Of a stretch of DNA of 64,000 nt, positions 60,728 through 64,000 are shown piece by piece (position 1 is the first letter of the stretch; each line of letters starts with the position of its first letter). The notes under the pieces were generated by a model. The model saw only the letters and a program-made list of their open reading frames with translations, did no database searches and was not told where the DNA came from. The DNA comes from Marsupella aquatica (Eukaryota > Plantae > Marchantiophyta), in NCBI GenBank assembly GCA_973895155.1, contig OZ316892.1, positions 30,200,932 through 30,264,931 of the forward strand, read 5' to 3'. A program made the position numbers and the translations under genes.

Positions 60728-61433
60728 CCAATGTGAGGCATCGCATCAAGTACTAGACAGAACTTGGGAGGTATTGAAAGTGGGCTGCGGAGCATCAGGA
60801 GCATTCAGATTCTACTTGATACTAGGCTAATACTTCTAAACTTGCGTACCCATTTGATCCTGCGAGCACCATGGCAAAGCTCAACAATCGCCCGAGGTCC
60901 ACCAACGCTTCAATCACAGTGCTCCTCAATCTCCAAGATGCATTGCTGTAAATCCGAGATGAGAGATCCGAGATCCGAGATGAGAGATGAGAGATCCAAG
61001 ATTGAGATCCAAGATGAGAGATCCTTTGATGAGTAATCCGAGACCACCATAGCCATCCGCAAGATAGGAGCCCTTCGCTGTTGGTGCGTGCCCGTCCCAT
61101 GACCATTCTGACTAGAACTTGTGCTTCTAATCTAAGTAACAAAATCCGCGCGCGCTCGATCAATTTCAAACATCGACTATGAGTCCTTGCCCACTTCAGT
61201 CCTTATTTTCAAAAGCATCGACTTTGAGTCCTTGTATTCAAACACACTACGAGCCGCAACTTGCTCCATTAAATGACACGGGATCCAAGGAGAACATTTA
61301 AACGTCGTCCTTGCTAAAGTCCAAGATAGGAATTAGGCACATAGACTGTACTTCAACCAGTCCAAATGAATACTTAATGCATCTTTCATTCATATTCAAA
61401 TCCAGCCTTAGATTTGACCCTTCTACATCTTGG

Positions 61434-61542
61434 CCCTTGAGTGTAACACCCCCCAATTTATTGCAAAATTCACTAGGACTCACTCCTTTTGGTGGAGACT
61501 TTGGAGATCCTTTTTATGTACCCCTCAATCATGCTTTCCACC
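61434..61542 (-). mobile_element. Terminus of a DNA transposon, identical to the first 109 bp of the MITE at 62478
   Basis: Exact reverse complement of 62478-62586; ends ...GTACCCCTCAATCATGCTTTCCACC and abuts the RT codons ALNKQTVKNKYPLP. Confidence 0.85.
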
Positions 61543-64000
61543 GGCCCTCAATAAGCAAACGGTAAAGAACAAGTACCCGTTACCTCATATGGATGATCTC
61601 TTTGATTGCCTCTCCGGGGCTAAGAAGTTTTCAAAGGTAGACTTGCGGTCTGGTTATTATCAGATCCGCATGGCTAAGGGATCCAAGTATAAGACCGCAA
61701 TGCGCACAAGGTTCGGATCCTACAAATTTTTGGTTATGCCGTTCGGGTTGTGTAATGCAACCGCAACGTTCATGAAGATGATGAATACCATCTTTCATGA
61801 CTTGTTAGACCAAGGAGTGGTCGTCTTTATAGATGACATCCTAATCTACTCGACAACGTTGGAGGAACACGAGCAGTTGCTCAGAGAAGTGTTCTCTCGC
61901 CTTTGTAAGGCTCGTCTCTTTGCTAAACCTAGCAAGTGCGAGTTTGCGATGAATGAGATTCAGTTCCTCGGCCATACCTTTACCCCGGAGGGGATTACAC
62001 CTAGTCAAGACAAGCTTAAGGACATCAAAGAATGGGAGCGCCCGTCCAATGTAAGGCAAGTTAGGGCCTTCTTGGGTTTTACGGGGTTCTATCGGAGATA
62101 CATGAAAGACTATGCGAGGATCGCAAGGCCCCTAAATGCGCTAACGTTGAAAAACAAAGTGTTTGTGTGAACACAGGATTGCGAGTTAGCATTCCTAGAA
62201 CTTAAGCGGCTAATGATAATGCTGCCAGTTCTAAAGTTACCTGAGATGGGGAAACCGTTCGAGATTTGGACAGATGCAAGTGATTACGCCATTGGCGCCT
62301 GTCTTCACCAAGATGGGCGCCCGGTGGCCTTCGAGTCATGTAAGTTGGAAAATCATTGGATCACGCCGGAAAGGGAAATGTATGCGGTGATCTATGCGTT
62401 GAAGAAGTGGGAAATTTACCTTAAGAACGGTCCCAAGGTGATAATCCACACAGATAGCTCGCCGGCGGGGTACTTCAGGTGGAAAGCATGATTGAGGGGT
62501 ACATAAAAAGGATCTCCAAAGTCTCCACCAAAAGGAGTGAGTCCTAGTGAATTTTGCAATAAATTGGGGGGTGTTACACTCAAGGGTTGTGATCTTATTT
62601 TGGCACATCAAAGGCTATCATTTAACCTAGATCTTTGGAAGTGTGCCCCATCTTTGAGGAAGTGTACCAAACTTTTAGGAAGTGTGTCCAACTTTGAGGA
62701 AGTATGTCCAACCTTTGAGGAAGTGTGTCAATCTTTAATTTACTCCTTGCTAACCTCCTTTTTTAATGAGGACTATGAGATCGTGGAGCAAATCCAAGTC
62801 CTTTTTGCACTTTTTGGTACCCCTCAATCTTGCTTTCCACCTTCAGTTCTAAGCCAAGACTGAACCCCAAGGAAATGCGCTGGCAGATGTTCTTGGCGGA
62901 TTTTGACTTTGAAGTCCGCCACGTTCGAGGGAAGACAAATACGGCAGCTGACGCGTTATTGCGTAAGGACCATCATCGGGTCAATGGGATCATAATGATT
63001 GAATCCGAGTGGCCTAAGGTTTTGGCCCAAGCGTATGAGGATGACAGGTTAGCCAAGGAATGGCAAAGCAATGGGGGTAGCCAAGGCAGGGTGAGGCACG
63101 TATCTTTGGGGTTGGATACGCATAATGTCCAGTTATGGCGGTACAAACAAAGGTGTGTGTACATCCCAGAGTCTCTAAGGTTAGAGGTTCTGCAAAAGTA
63201 CCACGACTCGCCCTGGGGAGGGCATGGCAGACAAGCTGCTACGTATCGCAGCATGTCTAGAGATGTGTATTGGCAGGACATGAAGCAATTGGTTCTTCAC
63301 CACGTGCAAAGTTGTTACTCATGCCAAAAAACCGAACGGTTTATAGGGCAAAAGGAGGACTTCTGCAACCCTTACCAGTCGCTGCGGCTCCATGGGAGTC
63401 AATCTCCATGGACTTCATTGTTGGGTTACCTGAGTCCCACGGCAGTAACTCCATCTTAACAATTGTGGATTGTTTTTCCAAGATGGCCTATTTCTTACCG
63501 ACTACAAAAATGGTGTCAGCCAAGGAAGTTGCCTGTCTAGTATTTGACAATGTCTTCCGACTATGGGGATTGCCGTTGCATATCCTGTCCGACCGCGATA
63601 CCAAGTTCACAGGTCATTTCTGGAAGGCGTTGTTCCGGTTATCCGGAACAGACCTGACAAGGGGATCAGCGTATCATCATGAAACAAATGGCCAAACGGA
63701 ACGGGTTAATGGTATCGTGGAGGACTACTTGCGTCACTTTGTGATGGCCAATCAAAAGGATTGGGCAAAACACTTAACAATGGCCGAGTTTAGGTATAAC
63801 TTGACCAAGCATTCGGCAACGGGGTTTGCCCCGTTTGTATTGGCCACCGGGAGGACGCCGAGGGCGCCCTCCTGGTTCATAAATCCGGAAGCTTGGCGGA
63901 CAGAAAGCAAGGTTCCTTCTGCGGACAATTTTATTCGAGAGCGGCGCCTAGTTGTGGAAGCGGCTACCAAGGGGATGACCCTTGCCCAAAGTCGGTACAA
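61543..64000 (+). mobile_element. Degenerate Ty3/Gypsy (chromovirus-like) pol: RT, RNase H, integrase; runs off the window
   Basis: DLRSGYYQIR, MPFGLCNA, FIDDIL, TDASDYAIG, HDSPWGGH...CYSCQ, ISMDFI, SDRD; stops and frameshifts. Confidence 0.92.
62478..62841 (+). mobile_element. 364-bp MITE with 25-bp TIRs and 4-bp TSD TTCA
   Basis: GGTGGAAAGCATGATTGAGGGGTAC ... GTACCCCTCAATCTTGCTTTCCACC; TTCA on both sides; removal restores RNase H AGYFSSKPRLNP; internal ~20-bp CTTTGAGGAAGTGT repeats. Confidence 0.9.

Noticed and set aside
60953-61025. GAGAT(CC/GA) short tandem repeats
   Set aside because: Simple low-complexity repeat with no further structure.

Overview
Repeat-rich land-plant nuclear DNA, probably from a bryophyte (inferred from the moss-type PLS-DYW gene and the retroelement lineages). 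The only clear host gene is an intact PLS-class PPR-DYW C-to-U RNA editing factor (2-3319) built from near-identical 303-bp units. The rest is nested transposable elements. (1) 6.5-19.3 kb: several diverged copies of a retroelement accessory-type ORF, with no recognisable pol and two head-to-head telomere-repeat palindromes. (2) A Bianca-type Copia inserted in another Copia and split by a ~7.6-kb inversion. (3) A 10.5-kb TIR-bounded DNA element (33789-44295) carrying a spliced ParB-like + beta-class amino-methyltransferase-like gene, an FCP1/HAD phosphatase-like gene and intronic arrays of a 25-bp palindrome; this is the best candidate for an undescribed system. (4) A very young full-length Ty3/Gypsy with 3.16-kb LTRs but no TSD. 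(5) A second DNA-transposon relic and its MITE, both inserted into a Gypsy pol. All calls are by eye; no searches were run.
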